A stretch of 52,744 bases of DNA. Origin: Candidatus Nomurabacteria bacterium. Lineage in GTDB: Bacteria > Patescibacteriota > Minisyncoccia > Phycocordibacterales > UBA9973. This document shows positions 24,930-33,952 of this stretch, piece by piece. The stretch is taken from NCBI GenBank assembly GCA_026395915.1, contig JAPLXU010000018.1, positions 23,832 to 76,575 on the forward strand, in the 5' to 3' direction. The notes under the pieces are model-generated. The model was not told where the DNA came from, made no database searches, and saw nothing but the letters and a program-made list of their open reading frames with translations. The stretch's first letter is position 1. Every line of letters begins with the position of its first letter. The position numbers and the translations under genes are program-made.

Positions 24930-26564
24930 CTATTTTACGGCGTCCAATTCCAAATGAAAAGTAGAGCCTTTCCCCTCGCCTTCTGACTCTCCCCAGACCT
25001 TGCCATGATGCGCTCCTATAATTAACTTTACCGAATATAGACCGTAGCCTGTGCTGTCTATGTTTACATGCACAGAATCCTTACCTCGTCCGCCTTCGGT
25101 GAAAAGGACTTTTTTGTCTTCGTCGTTGATACCCACGCCTGTGTCTTTGACTGAAAATTTCACTTTACCATCACCATCCTCGAGCCCGATTACTATCTTC
25201 CCTTCTTTTGTGTATTTGATGGAATTGTCGATCAAATTATTAACAGCTTCTTTGAGCCAAAAAGCATCACCCATAACATCATAAATATCTTTTTTATTAT
25301 TATGAATGTCGCTTTCCATTTTAAGTCCTTTGGCTTCGGCTTGGATTTTTTTCTCTTCTATCGCTTTAAGGATTATATCTTTGAAATCGATTTTCTTAAG
25401 CTCATATTTGACCGTTCCGCTTGACAGATTCGAGGCATTTAAGACGAGATCAACTGTCTGGATTCCTGCATTGTCGGATTCGAGACCTTGCTCGGCTCTC
25501 TTTTTCACTTCTGGATTTATATTGCCGAAAGTTCCATCAAGTAAACCAGCAAAAATGTATTTGGAGTGAGTGAAAGAACCTTTGACTTTGTGGGTAATGA
25601 GGTGAACGAGACTTTCCCTTTGTTTGAGCAAGTCTTGAAGTTTTGTATTAAGTTTTTCGATATGCACTCTCTGATCCGACTCCCTTTTAAAATTTCTGAA
25701 AAGAATGACACTCAGGCTCGCAGCTATAAACATGGATAGTACAATAAGCAATCGATTAGTTGCATTATCAATAAAGAACAACTGCCCTCCCATCATGATT
25801 ATAAAACCTACAACCAAATAATGAGAACCCAATATTTTAACATTAAAAATATCAAGCTCGAACACAGAATAAATGATGGCGACAAGAAACACTGGTAGAA
25901 CGAATAAGCTGTATAAATTGGCATTATAATTGCCAGTTATCGACGAAATATATTCTGTTACACCAAAGATTGAGAGGAACAAAAACATAGAACCGAGCAA
26001 TATCAAATCAGTTTTCTTTTGTTTCCAAGAAAGTTTTCTGAAAAATGGAACCACCATAAAAACGAGGATTATGAGAAGTATCATTCCCTCAACTACCAAT
26101 TTGTATTGACCTAAAAAGTCGTTGTTAAAGGCTTCGCAGACGGGGTAGTTGAAACCTGTCACTGATTGCTGGGTGATAGTTATAAAAAATGCTGGAACAG
26201 TGATAAGGAAAAGGACTATTTTGTAGACGTAAGATATGTCGGATTTTTTCACGAAAACGGTGGCAAAATAAAGACCCAGCGCGTAGAATACTATTTCTAT
26301 GTAATCAAGAAAGGACCAGAGAGTGTAAATAAGATGATAACCATTTGTTGTCCAAATAATATAATCTCCAATCAACCAAAGTGAGAAAAAAACAACAAAA
26401 GCGAGAAAAACTTTCGAAAAAAGATTAAATTTCGATTTAATAAATACAAAAACCCCTAGAATGAGTGAAAGAATTACTGGGATAATGTGAGAATAGCTGG
26501 CAATTACTCTTAGTGAGTTTGTAGTTTCATAACATGTATTTATTGCTGCATTTACATCAATCAT
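24930..26564 (-). CDS. Sensor histidine kinase with a polytopic (~8 TM) N-terminal membrane domain; no response regulator nearby
   Basis: H-box region SLVHLITHKVKGSF. HATPase_c motifs NLIDNSIKYT, DTGVGI, GYGLYSVKLII and GSTFHLEL. Confidence 0.8.
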   Translation of the reverse strand: MIDVNAAINTCYETTNSLRVIASYSHIIPVILSLILGVFVFIKSKFNLFSKVFLAFVVFFSLWLIGDYIIWTTNGYHLIYTLWSFLDYIEIVFYALGLYFATVFVKKSDISYVYKIVLFLITVPAFFITITQQSVTGFNYPVCEAFNNDFLGQYKLVVEGMILLIILVFMVVPFFRKLSWKQKKTDLILLGSMFLFLSIFGVTEYISSITGNYNANLYSLFVLPVFLVAIIYSVFELDIFNVKILGSHYLVVGFIIMMGGQLFFIDNATNRLLIVLSMFIAASLSVILFRNFKRESDQRVHIEKLNTKLQDLLKQRESLVHLITHKVKGSFTHSKYIFAGLLDGTFGNINPEVKKRAEQGLESDNAGIQTVDLVLNASNLSSGTVKYELKKIDFKDIILKAIEEKKIQAEAKGLKMESDIHNNKKDIYDVMGDAFWLKEAVNNLIDNSIKYTKEGKIVIGLEDGDGKVKFSVKDTGVGINDEDKKVLFTEGGRGKDSVHVNIDSTGYGLYSVKLIIGAHHGKVWGESEGEGKGSTFHLELDAVK

Positions 26565-26576
26565 AATTTGATTTAT

Positions 26577-27380
26577 TTAAGGTATTAATGTTTTGATTTT
26601 TGGATGATAAGAAATCCAAAGTTCATCGGTTTCTATGTCCATCGGCTCGAGAGGTACAATAAGTGGCTTGACGCCAACTATATTTATCACATTTTCTACA
26701 GATGGCAATACGACTTCTTTTGTAAAATCACCTTCAGAATTTTTTGATGTCAGAAAATTTTCAAATAAAACACCAAAACAAGAGCAGAGCAGAAAGAAAT
26801 TTGTGTAATAATAAATTGCCTTACCACCATTTTTTTTAAACCAACCAGAAGCATCACAAAAATTATCATCTTTCATGTTGTATTCATGTATGGTAAATAA
26901 TCGCTTGTGAAAATCAGTTAAAGATTCGCCCCAAAGTGTTTTGGCATCTTTGATTTTTTTTCCATTATGTGAATTGAAGTCAATTACCGTTATTTTTTCA
27001 ACATTATAATCGCCATTTTTACTACACTTCTTTTGTATGTGTAGTTGTCCAAGAGAATGCTTGAATTCATTGTTTGAAGTGAATTTGTCTTCGTGATATT
27101 CAAAAATAACAGGGTGTAAGCCATTTTCTTTTGTTAGAGCCAAAAACCTTTTAGTTTCATGATTTGGGGTAGCAACTTGCCTGAAAAGAACGCCACATCT
27201 TTTGTTTTTTAATATCTCGGGAATATCTCCTTTTAGTAATTTCTCAACTTTTGCCATCAATACCGGGTCTTTCCTGCGTTCATCCAAAAGCCGAAGCGCT
27301 TCGGAAAGTGGCGTATAAACAATCTGATTGAATATATTATGGTCGTTCATTATTGTGTTGTAGTCTCCAATTTTGATCAT
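26577..27380 (-). CDS. Hypothetical protein, 267 aa, no recognisable motif
   Basis: Clean ORF with an ATG start, 12 nt downstream of the kinase gene start and 3 nt from the next gene. Looks cytoplasmic. Confidence 0.5.
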   Translation of the reverse strand: MIKIGDYNTIMNDHNIFNQIVYTPLSEALRLLDERRKDPVLMAKVEKLLKGDIPEILKNKRCGVLFRQVATPNHETKRFLALTKENGLHPVIFEYHEDKFTSNNEFKHSLGQLHIQKKCSKNGDYNVEKITVIDFNSHNGKKIKDAKTLWGESLTDFHKRLFTIHEYNMKDDNFCDASGWFKKNGGKAIYYYTNFFLLCSCFGVLFENFLTSKNSEGDFTKEVVLPSVENVINIVGVKPLIVPLEPMDIETDELWISYHPKIKTLIP

Positions 27381-27383
27381 ATT

Positions 27384-27755
27384 TTAATTTCCAGTAGAAT
27401 TTTCCAACGTACTGCAAGATTCTCCGGCATCTGAGTTTTCAACACATTTAACCGGCTCGCATTTTATTGCCCCGGTTTCACAGACGCTTGTGCAATCTTC
27501 ATTTGCGCACTTTTTGAAGTCACTAGCATTCAAGCTAAATCTCTTAAAACTAGATAGGTCGTTTGGTGGGCAGTCGTCGGGATTAGAACAATCGCGCTGA
27601 AAACAGACTTCTTTCAATGGATCACAGGCAACCTCTACAACAAAGCTGTAATCTTCTTTGTAGTAAAAAAAATAGAAAGCACAAAAAATAGCAACCGCGC
27701 AACTGATACCTATTAACCACAAAAACCAATTACTTTCTCTATCTTCTGTTGGCAT
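27384..27755 (-). CDS. Membrane-anchored cysteine-rich protein, 123 aa
   Basis: N-terminal TM WFLWLIGISCAVAIFCAFYFFYY followed by an exported domain with 12 Cys (CDPLKEVCFQRDCSNPDDCPP...CANEDCTSVCETGAIKCEPVKC). Confidence 0.5.
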   Translation of the reverse strand: MPTEDRESNWFLWLIGISCAVAIFCAFYFFYYKEDYSFVVEVACDPLKEVCFQRDCSNPDDCPPNDLSSFKRFSLNASDFKKCANEDCTSVCETGAIKCEPVKCVENSDAGESCSTLENSTGN

Positions 27756-27787
27756 AAGATTAGTATACTATAAATTTATTAATTAGT

Positions 27788-28885
27788 TTACCTATTCATC
27801 GGCATGATGAGATAAAGGAACGATTGGTCGGAAACTGGCGATACAACCAAGGGGCTTGAAGCCCCAGAAAATTTTATAGACACGCTGTCGGTGGTGATTG
27901 ACTGGAAACAATCCAAAAAGTATTTATAATTAAATCCTAGCTCAATATTTTCTCCGGTTATGGCAGCATCTAAATATGTCTTATTTTCTCCAATATCATT
28001 GTTCGCGGATGAAAGTTCAAAAACCTTCTCTTTTGGCGCGATTTTCAGATTTACTTGATTGAATTTGTCTGAGAAGATATTAGAAATTTTGAGCGCATTC
28101 AATAAGTCCTGTTTTAAAACGACTGCGTTTGTTCCGGATGTTTTGGGAATAATTTGGCGATAATCTGGAAAAACTCCGTCAATTACTCGTGAAGTCAGAT
28201 AAATACCGTCTGAAGAGAAAGAGATTTGATTCTTATTGAAACAAACTTTAATAACCGAACTAGACTCCCCAAAGATTCTCAATATCTCGGAAATATTTTT
28301 GAATGGGATAAGTATGCCTCCTATTTCTGGTAGCCCTTTCATTTTGATTTTTTTCTCAGCCAACCTAAAAGAGTCTGTAGAGACGAAAACTAAATTATCC
28401 TCGTTAGTATACATAAACACACTCGAAATCTCTGGCTTAACATCAGAAAAAGAAGAACTGTAATAAACCGATTTTATGCCATCTATAAGTTTTTTTGAAT
28501 CCATCTCAAAAGTCGTTCCTGTTACTCTCGGAATAGTCGGAAAATCGTCGTGCGGTTGACCTTTTAGTTTTATTTTGCTTTTTTTTGTCTGAATTAACAA
28601 ATTACCATCAATACTTTCTAAAAAAACATTCTCGTTTTGAAAAACATTAGAAAAGACACCATTCAAAACTGATCCAGAAATAGCCACAATCCCCTCTTTT
28701 TCTATTTTTGCTGGAATTTCTACTTCAATACCCAAACTTAAATTCGTAGATCGGAGTTTGAGTGATTTACCTGATACAATCAAAAGAATCGAATTTAAAA
28801 TTGGTAGAGTTAAATTTTTACCAGTAATTTTTTCAACTAAGGAAACTTTGGTTTTTATTTCTTCTATTTTGCATTCTAGTTTCAT
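27788..28885 (-). CDS. dnaN: DNA polymerase III beta sliding clamp
   Basis: 365 aa, located immediately downstream of dnaA. Typical N-terminus MKLECKIEEIKTKVSLVEKITGKNLTLPILNSILL and C-terminus LYLIMPMN. Confidence 0.9.
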   Translation of the reverse strand: MKLECKIEEIKTKVSLVEKITGKNLTLPILNSILLIVSGKSLKLRSTNLSLGIEVEIPAKIEKEGIVAISGSVLNGVFSNVFQNENVFLESIDGNLLIQTKKSKIKLKGQPHDDFPTIPRVTGTTFEMDSKKLIDGIKSVYYSSSFSDVKPEISSVFMYTNEDNLVFVSTDSFRLAEKKIKMKGLPEIGGILIPFKNISEILRIFGESSSVIKVCFNKNQISFSSDGIYLTSRVIDGVFPDYRQIIPKTSGTNAVVLKQDLLNALKISNIFSDKFNQVNLKIAPKEKVFELSSANNDIGENKTYLDAAITGENIELGFNYKYFLDCFQSITTDSVSIKFSGASSPLVVSPVSDQSFLYLIMPMNR

Positions 28886-29014
28886 ATGTTTATATTTTTT
28901 ATATTTAAATTATTAATACTATTAGATGCCTTGATAAGTGGATAACTTTTTTTATTTATAATTTATAAGGCTATGGAATAATTTTATTTTTAATTTAAGT
29001 CTAATAACTTTTGA
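28886..29014. promoter_or_regulatory. Very AT-rich dnaA-dnaN spacer with a near-consensus DnaA box; candidate oriC half / DNA-unwinding region
   Basis: AGTGGATAA at 28937-28945 (8/9 match to the TTATCCACA reverse). Long A/T runs such as tttttttatttataatttataa. Classic position between dnaA and dnaN. Confidence 0.45.
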
Positions 29015-30373
29015 TTACTTGAACATGATTCGTATTTGCTCCAATTCTTGTAAAAGTTGTGGGTCGGTTTTCAGATCGTTTTTAATTTTTAGACAAGAGT
29101 GTATGACAGTCGTGTGATCTTTTCCACCGAGTTTCTGCCCGATTAATGGATACGACACATTAAAGTCTTCTCGAAGTAAGAACATCACCACCTGTCTCGC
29201 TTTTACTATCTCTTTTTTTCTTGTTTTTTCATAAACAGACGCCTCTTCTAGTTTATAATATTCGCTTACGACTTTTACAACATCTTTTATGGCCATATTC
29301 CTTTTCGGTTTCATGTTGTTTTTTAGTAAACCTTTCACTTCTGCTAATGTTGGAGGCCTATTTCTTAAGCGATATTGGCAGATTATAGCGTTTAAGCTCC
29401 CTTCGAGCTCTCGGATATTGCCATCTACAGAAGAAGCGACATATTCCAATACTTCTTGATCCAAATTAATATCAAGCTCTTGTAGTTTCACTTTCAAAAT
29501 AGCAAGACGAGACTCATAATCTGGTGGAGAAATGTCCACAATCATGCCGGCGGCAAAACGAGACTTCAAGCGGTCTGCTAATTCGGGTATATAATTCGGA
29601 TGTTTATCAGAGGAAAAAATAATTTGTTTGCTGTTCTCGTGAAAAGTGTTGAATGTGTGGAAAAGTTCTTCCTGAATTTTTTCCATTTTGCCTATGAATT
29701 GAATATCATCAATAATTAAAAGATCATATTTACGATATTTTTCTTTGAAAGAATTTGCTTTATTGCTCTGCAGTGAATTTATAAAGTCGGTCGCGAATTT
29801 TTCCAAAGTCATGTAATGGACTTTTTTATTCGGATATTTTTCTTTAATTGAGTTCCCTACTGCTTGAATTAAGTGAGTTTTGCCAAGTCCCGTGCCTCCG
29901 TAAATAAAGAAAGGATTGTATTTGGTGCCGGGACTGTCGATTATAGCGAGACTTGCGGCGTAAGCGAGCTCGTTGAAAGATCCCACTATGAAGGAATTAA
30001 AATGATAACGAGGGTTCAAGTTGTCCTCTGGATTGATATAAAGGTCTTTTAGGGGTAGTTCTTTGTTTACATAGCTTGTATTTTCCCCTATTCGGATTGG
30101 TTCCAGCTTTGTCGTCTCTACTTTAGTGATCATGTATTCCACTGCGCGCATGTTTTCATAAGCATCCGCTATGGTCTTGGTGATAAGTTTGTGATATTTG
30201 TTTATAAGCCAATCACGCACGAATTCATTTGGCACGCCAATATAAATAATGCCTGTTTCCTCTTTTACAATACATGTGTTTTTAAACCAAGTGCTAAAGT
30301 TTGCTTTTGACATACCCGCCTCGATTTCCACTAAACAATTTTTCCAAAGTTGTTTTATATCCATTAGTTTCAT
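29015..30373 (-). CDS. dnaA: Chromosomal replication initiator protein DnaA
   Basis: Walker A GGTGLGKTHL, Walker B LLIIDDIQF, DnaA-box binding C-terminus GGKDHTTVIHSCLKI. Confidence 0.95.
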   Translation of the reverse strand: MKLMDIKQLWKNCLVEIEAGMSKANFSTWFKNTCIVKEETGIIYIGVPNEFVRDWLINKYHKLITKTIADAYENMRAVEYMITKVETTKLEPIRIGENTSYVNKELPLKDLYINPEDNLNPRYHFNSFIVGSFNELAYAASLAIIDSPGTKYNPFFIYGGTGLGKTHLIQAVGNSIKEKYPNKKVHYMTLEKFATDFINSLQSNKANSFKEKYRKYDLLIIDDIQFIGKMEKIQEELFHTFNTFHENSKQIIFSSDKHPNYIPELADRLKSRFAAGMIVDISPPDYESRLAILKVKLQELDINLDQEVLEYVASSVDGNIRELEGSLNAIICQYRLRNRPPTLAEVKGLLKNNMKPKRNMAIKDVVKVVSEYYKLEEASVYEKTRKKEIVKARQVVMFLLREDFNVSYPLIGQKLGGKDHTTVIHSCLKIKNDLKTDPQLLQELEQIRIMFK

Positions 30374-30421
30374 ATTATACTATTTGCGCAAGTTTTGATA
30401 ATTTTAAAAAGTTATTAAACT

Positions 30422-30442
30422 TGTTGATAAACTGTGGATAAA
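30422..30442. promoter_or_regulatory. Two adjacent DnaA boxes upstream of dnaA (TGTTGATAA, TGTGGATAA)
   Basis: 30434-30442 is a perfect reverse consensus. 30422-30430 has one mismatch. Confidence 0.5.
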
Positions 30443-30446
30443 AATT

Positions 30447-30485
30447 CCCCCCCCCTCCTTTCAGGAGAGGGTAAGGGGTGAGGTG
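30447..30485. repeat. GC-rich palindromic element in the dnaA-rpmH spacer (same subfamily as the jag insertion, opposite orientation)
   Basis: The reverse complement cACCTCACCCCTTaCCCTCTCCTgaaaggagggg matches 32187-32208 aACCTCACCCCTTcCCCTCTCCT at 21 of 22 positions. Confidence 0.7.
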
Positions 30486-30506
30486 TATTTGATTTTTTGC
30501 CAGAAA

Positions 30507-30515
30507 TGTTATAGT
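30507..30515 (+). promoter_or_regulatory. Extended -10 element (TGtTATAGT) 9 nt upstream of the rpmH ATG; implies a near-leaderless mRNA
   Basis: TG at 30507-30508, TATAGT at 30510-30515, ATG at 30525. No SD in between. Confidence 0.3.
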
Positions 30516-30524
30516 ATTGAACGC

Positions 30525-30659
30525 ATGTCATTCACATACAATCCAAAAAAGAGAAAAAGAGCTCGAAGTCACGGTTTTTTGGTTAGATCCAGAATAAAGA
30601 CAGGCAAGAAAGTTCTAAAGAGAAGACGCCAAAAAGGCAGGAAAAAACTCAGTGTTTAG
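30525..30659 (+). CDS. rpmH: 50S ribosomal protein L34
   Basis: Below the ORF-track cut-off. [44 protein letters not shown] is a typical L34, in the canonical position before rnpA. Confidence 0.9.
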   Translation: MSFTYNPKKRKRARSHGFLVRSRIKTGKKVLKRRRQKGRKKLSV

Positions 30660-30671
30660 TCTGGTTTCTTT

Positions 30672-30998
30672 ATGCTTCCTAAAAACAGAAGGGCAAATAA
30701 GAAGGATATTGACTTGCTCTTTAAGAGTGGTAGCTCTGTCAGTTTTCCTAATTTAACTTTTAAATTTATTAAAAGTAGCAAAGATATTCCTTCTCGCATT
30801 TCTTTTATTGCGCCAAAAAACGTTGCCAAGAAGGCGGTAGATAGAAATCGTTTAAGACGTTTGGGATATATTGTGTTAAAAAATCATATTGGCGGCTCCC
30901 CTCTTGGTATTGTTGGCGTTTTTATCTTTAGAAAATACCAAGATGATGTTTCAATACTCGAAAATGAAATTAAAAAAATACTCGATAAGATTAATTGA
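30672..30998 (+). CDS. rnpA: Ribonuclease P protein component
   Basis: 108 aa basic protein in the rpmH-rnpA-yidD-yidC context. Contains KKAVDRNRLRRL (RNR motif). Confidence 0.85.
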   Translation: MLPKNRRANKKDIDLLFKSGSSVSFPNLTFKFIKSSKDIPSRISFIAPKNVAKKAVDRNRLRRLGYIVLKNHIGGSPLGIVGVFIFRKYQDDVSILENEIKKILDKIN

Positions 30999-31179
30999 TT
31001 TTTATCAGAAGCATATTTCTCCTTTTATAAAGCCGAGCTGTGTTTTTTATCCGTCTTGTTCGGAATATACCAGACAAGCGGTAGAAAAATACGGTGCGCT
31101 CAAAGGTTTTTATCTGGGATTTTTTAGGATTTTACGTTGTCATCCATGGCAAAAGAATCATATTGATCCAATTCCTTAA
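30964..31179 (+). CDS. yidD: Membrane protein insertion efficiency factor YidD
   Basis: IDFYQKHISPFIKPSCVFYPSCSEYTRQAVEKYGALKGFYLGFFRILRCHPW. Start placed at MKLKKYS; it overlaps the rnpA 3' end. Confidence 0.8.
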   Translation: MKLKKYSIRLIDFYQKHISPFIKPSCVFYPSCSEYTRQAVEKYGALKGFYLGFFRILRCHPWQKNHIDPIP

Positions 31180-31219
31180 TTTTCTGGTGTTTTTTCATGT
31201 TTTCATATAGAATGGGAAC

Positions 31220-31969
31220 ATGATTCATAGTGTTTGGAATGCCATTTTATATCAACCATTAATCAATGCTCTCGCCTTCTTGGTTTCTATTGTCCCAGGC
31301 GGAGATGTAGGTATTGCAGTTATTATTTTGACCATTTTGGTTAAGTTATTGCTCTTCCCTTTCTCCCAAAAATCGATTAAAAATCAAGCGGCGATGGTTA
31401 TGCTTGCCCCAGAACTTGATAAAATAAAGAAAAGTGGAGCGAGCAAAGAGGAACAAGCGAAATTAACATTTGAACTTTACAAAAAGCATAAAACCAACCC
31501 ATTTTCAGGCTGTCTTTTGGTTTTGATTCAGATCCCCATCATTTTTGCTCTCTACTATGTTTTTCTGAAAGGCATAAAATTTGACGGCGGACTTCTTTAT
31601 TCTTTTGTTCATACCCCTCCCCACCTCAATATGATTTTCTTGGGTATTATTGATCTTTCCGCAAAAAGTTTGCCTTTGGCGATTCTGGCTGGGATATCTC
31701 AATATCTCCAAGCTCACTTTATGCCGCAACAAAAAACCACCGCAGGAGCTTCTGGCTCTTTTGGAGAGAGTTTTGGCAAAAGCATGCAGATGCAGATGAA
31801 ATATATCTTCCCTTTTCTTATAGCTTGGATCGCCTATAGCATTTCTGGCGCAGTTGCGTTATATTGGGTTACGAGTAACATCTTTGCTGTAGGCCAGCAA
31901 ATTTACGTGAAAAAGACGGAAAAGAAGGTATTGGATAAAGAGGTTGAAGTATTGATTTCTGAAAAATAA
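31220..31969 (+). CDS. yidC: Membrane protein insertase YidC (short form)
   Basis: Five TM segments, LLFPFSQKS, amphipathic KKHKTNPFSGCLLVLIQIPIIFALY. Confidence 0.88.
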   Translation: MIHSVWNAILYQPLINALAFLVSIVPGGDVGIAVIILTILVKLLLFPFSQKSIKNQAAMVMLAPELDKIKKSGASKEEQAKLTFELYKKHKTNPFSGCLLVLIQIPIIFALYYVFLKGIKFDGGLLYSFVHTPPHLNMIFLGIIDLSAKSLPLAILAGISQYLQAHFMPQQKTTAGASGSFGESFGKSMQMQMKYIFPFLIAWIAYSISGAVALYWVTSNIFAVGQQIYVKKTEKKVLDKEVEVLISEK

Positions 31970-31980
31970 ACAACAAAAAT

Positions 31981-32475
31981 ATGGATAAGCAAGAGATACA
32001 AAATTTAATAAAGGAAATGATTGAAAAGATAGGGGTTGCAATAACAAAGATTGATATTGTTGAAGACGGCCCACATAACACATGGTTTTCAATTGAAGTT
32101 AACGAACCACACTTTTTCTTGGGACGCGAGGGAGAAGCGCTTTACGCTTTGAACCACCTTGTTCGCAGAATAACTGAAGACAAGAACCTCACCCCTTCCC
32201 CTCTCCTTGTTAAGGAAAGGGGTGGAGAGCAGAGCCAAATCCTAATTGATATTAATGGTTTTCAAAAAAAGCGAGTGGAAAATATTCGCGCAATAGCCCA
32301 TATGATGGGAGAGCGAGCCAGATATTTCAAATCAAGCATAGAAGTCGACCCGATGTCAGCCTTCGAACGCAGGATAGTCCACGAGTTTTTATCTAATGAG
32401 ACTGACTTAAAAACCGAATCAACAGGCTTCGGCCCTTCTCGCCGAGTGGTGATAAAGTACGTCGGGAATCTTTAA
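31981..32475 (+). CDS. jag: RNA-binding protein Jag/KhpB (KH plus R3H domains) carrying an in-frame palindromic insertion
   Basis: Canonical position after yidC. R3H motif in SAFERRIVHEFL. Confidence 0.85.
   Translation: MDKQEIQNLIKEMIEKIGVAITKIDIVEDGPHNTWFSIEVNEPHFFLGREGEALYALNHLVRRITEDKNLTPSPLLVKERGGEQSQILIDINGFQKKRVENIRAIAHMMGERARYFKSSIEVDPMSAFERRIVHEFLSNETDLKTESTGFGPSRRVVIKYVGNL
32187..32229. repeat. GC-rich palindromic element in-frame in jag
   Basis: cctcaccccttcccctctccttgttaaggaaaggggtggagag: CTCTCC/GGAGAG and ACCCCTTCC/GGAAAGGGGT pairings. Translated as NLTPSPLLVKERGGEQ. Confidence 0.7.
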
Positions 32476-32578
32476 AATAAAACTTTTTCCGGTACAGATT
32501 TTTTGAAGCTTAAAAAATCCTGAAGTTTGCTCGCCGTCGCTCGCAAAACCCCTTCAAAAGTTTATTTTAAAGATTCCC

Positions 32579-33943
32579 TTATTTAAGAGAAAATTCCCAT
32601 AGATAAGAATCTTTTTTGTTCACAAAAAATAAGTAATTTCCACTGTCGTCTAGAGCAAGTTTTATGCCATCTATTTCTCCCACAGCAATTGTGACTGGAT
32701 CTAGTATCATTGTCCCGTTTCCGGTTTTCACATCTATTTTCCAAATTTGGTCGTTGAAAGACATTTCTCCTTGATACCAAGTATCGGGATATTCTCCTAT
32801 ATTTATTAATTTTGGTACAGCGCAATAAATAGTATCGCTTGCTTTACCCCAAACGCATTTTTCCGGTAGAGTTTTTACTCCTAACACATCGGAATTCCTT
32901 GTGTCTGTGTGATAAATATTGATTGATAAATTGCTGTCGCCATAAAGTATCAGCTTCCCATTAGGGCTTGCAAGTGTGGTCAGTCCGTTTATTTCGCCTA
33001 GAATTTTAGTTAAATTTTTACCCGATCCGTCCATGCTGTATATATACCCCGGAATATTTGCGGAAGGTTTGGTTGAGAGAGTGATGAGGTTGGCAGTTGG
33101 CCAAAGCGATAGCCATTCTGTAAAAGGAGAATCGAATATCTGAGTCTTCTTGTTTGTTAACAAGTTTAGAATCACACCTATCATATCGTCTCCGCTATCA
33201 AACAAGTAAAACACCTTTGAAGTATCTGGCGAGATACTTATATCTTTCACATTATCAGGCAAAAAGTTTCCTTTAATTTCGTTATTTCCTGTCACATCTG
33301 CTCCCAATAACTCTTTCGGAAGGGTTCCAACGAAAGTTTCGATAGTCCTGTCATTTCCTTTTAAATGTCGCATTACGACAGATTCCCCGTGGTTACCGAA
33401 ATATGCATCATGCACTTTAGGTATTATAGTTGAAGAAAATTTTTGCTCTTTTATTTTATCGGCAAAGGTTTGGTAAATATTTCCAGTTGCTATGTCCACA
33501 TATCTCAAAGCCGGCGCGAATTCAGTTGGTGGAGGAGTTGGCTTCTTGGTTTGACCCCCCGAACCCCCCTTAGCAGGGGGGACGCCCTCCCCTGATAAGG
33601 GGAGGGTTGGGGTGGGGTTTGTTATTACCGTTGGAACCTCTTTTAATCTTTCTTTTTGAAAAACTGCAAATCCCGCTATGGGCATACTCGAAATTTTTAT
33701 CAATTTTAACACTGGTGTGTTTGTGACAGGAGGAATATATCCTGAAACATCTACTGGGGGCGTTGTAACTGGAGGCGTCGGCTTGTTGTTGTTTCCGAAT
33801 GGATTGAATTGTGAAAAAAAGTTTGTGCCCCCGCTGTTATCCCCCGGCGCGGTTGTTCCTTTTTGGAAATACAAAAATCCAAAAACGGCGATTACCACGA
33901 GGATTGAGATTATTATTAAAAGTATAAAATTTCTTTTTGACAT
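32579..33943 (-). CDS. Membrane-anchored exported protein with a Pro/Thr-rich linker and PD40/TolB-like beta-propeller-type repeats (last gene of the T4SS-like locus)
   Basis: N-terminal TM FILLIIISILVVIAVFGFLYF, PTPPVTTPPV linker, recurring SPDTSKVFYLF / SPNGKLILYG / DDSGNYLFFV motifs. Confidence 0.6.
   Translation of the reverse strand: MSKRNFILLIIISILVVIAVFGFLYFQKGTTAPGDNSGGTNFFSQFNPFGNNNKPTPPVTTPPVDVSGYIPPVTNTPVLKLIKISSMPIAGFAVFQKERLKEVPTVITNPTPTLPLSGEGVPPAKGGSGGQTKKPTPPPTEFAPALRYVDIATGNIYQTFADKIKEQKFSSTIIPKVHDAYFGNHGESVVMRHLKGNDRTIETFVGTLPKELLGADVTGNNEIKGNFLPDNVKDISISPDTSKVFYLFDSGDDMIGVILNLLTNKKTQIFDSPFTEWLSLWPTANLITLSTKPSANIPGYIYSMDGSGKNLTKILGEINGLTTLASPNGKLILYGDSNLSINIYHTDTRNSDVLGVKTLPEKCVWGKASDTIYCAVPKLINIGEYPDTWYQGEMSFNDQIWKIDVKTGNGTMILDPVTIAVGEIDGIKLALDDSGNYLFFVNKKDSYLWEFSLK
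33553..33619. repeat. Double-hairpin GC-rich palindromic element, in-frame in the 454-aa gene
   Basis: gaCCCCCCgaaCCCCCCttagcaGGGGGGacgCCCTCCCCtgataaGGGGAGGGttggggtGGGGtt. Same two-hairpin plan as 20149-20217. Translated as NPTPTLPLSGEGVPPAKGGSGGQ. Confidence 0.75.
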
Positions 33944-33952
33944 AAGTTAACT

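Noticed and set aside
30889-30963. Longer yidD ORF start inside rnpA
   Set aside because: The conserved YidD sequence starts near MKLKKYSIRLIDFYQ. The longer form is a hydrophobic read-through of the rnpA 3' end.
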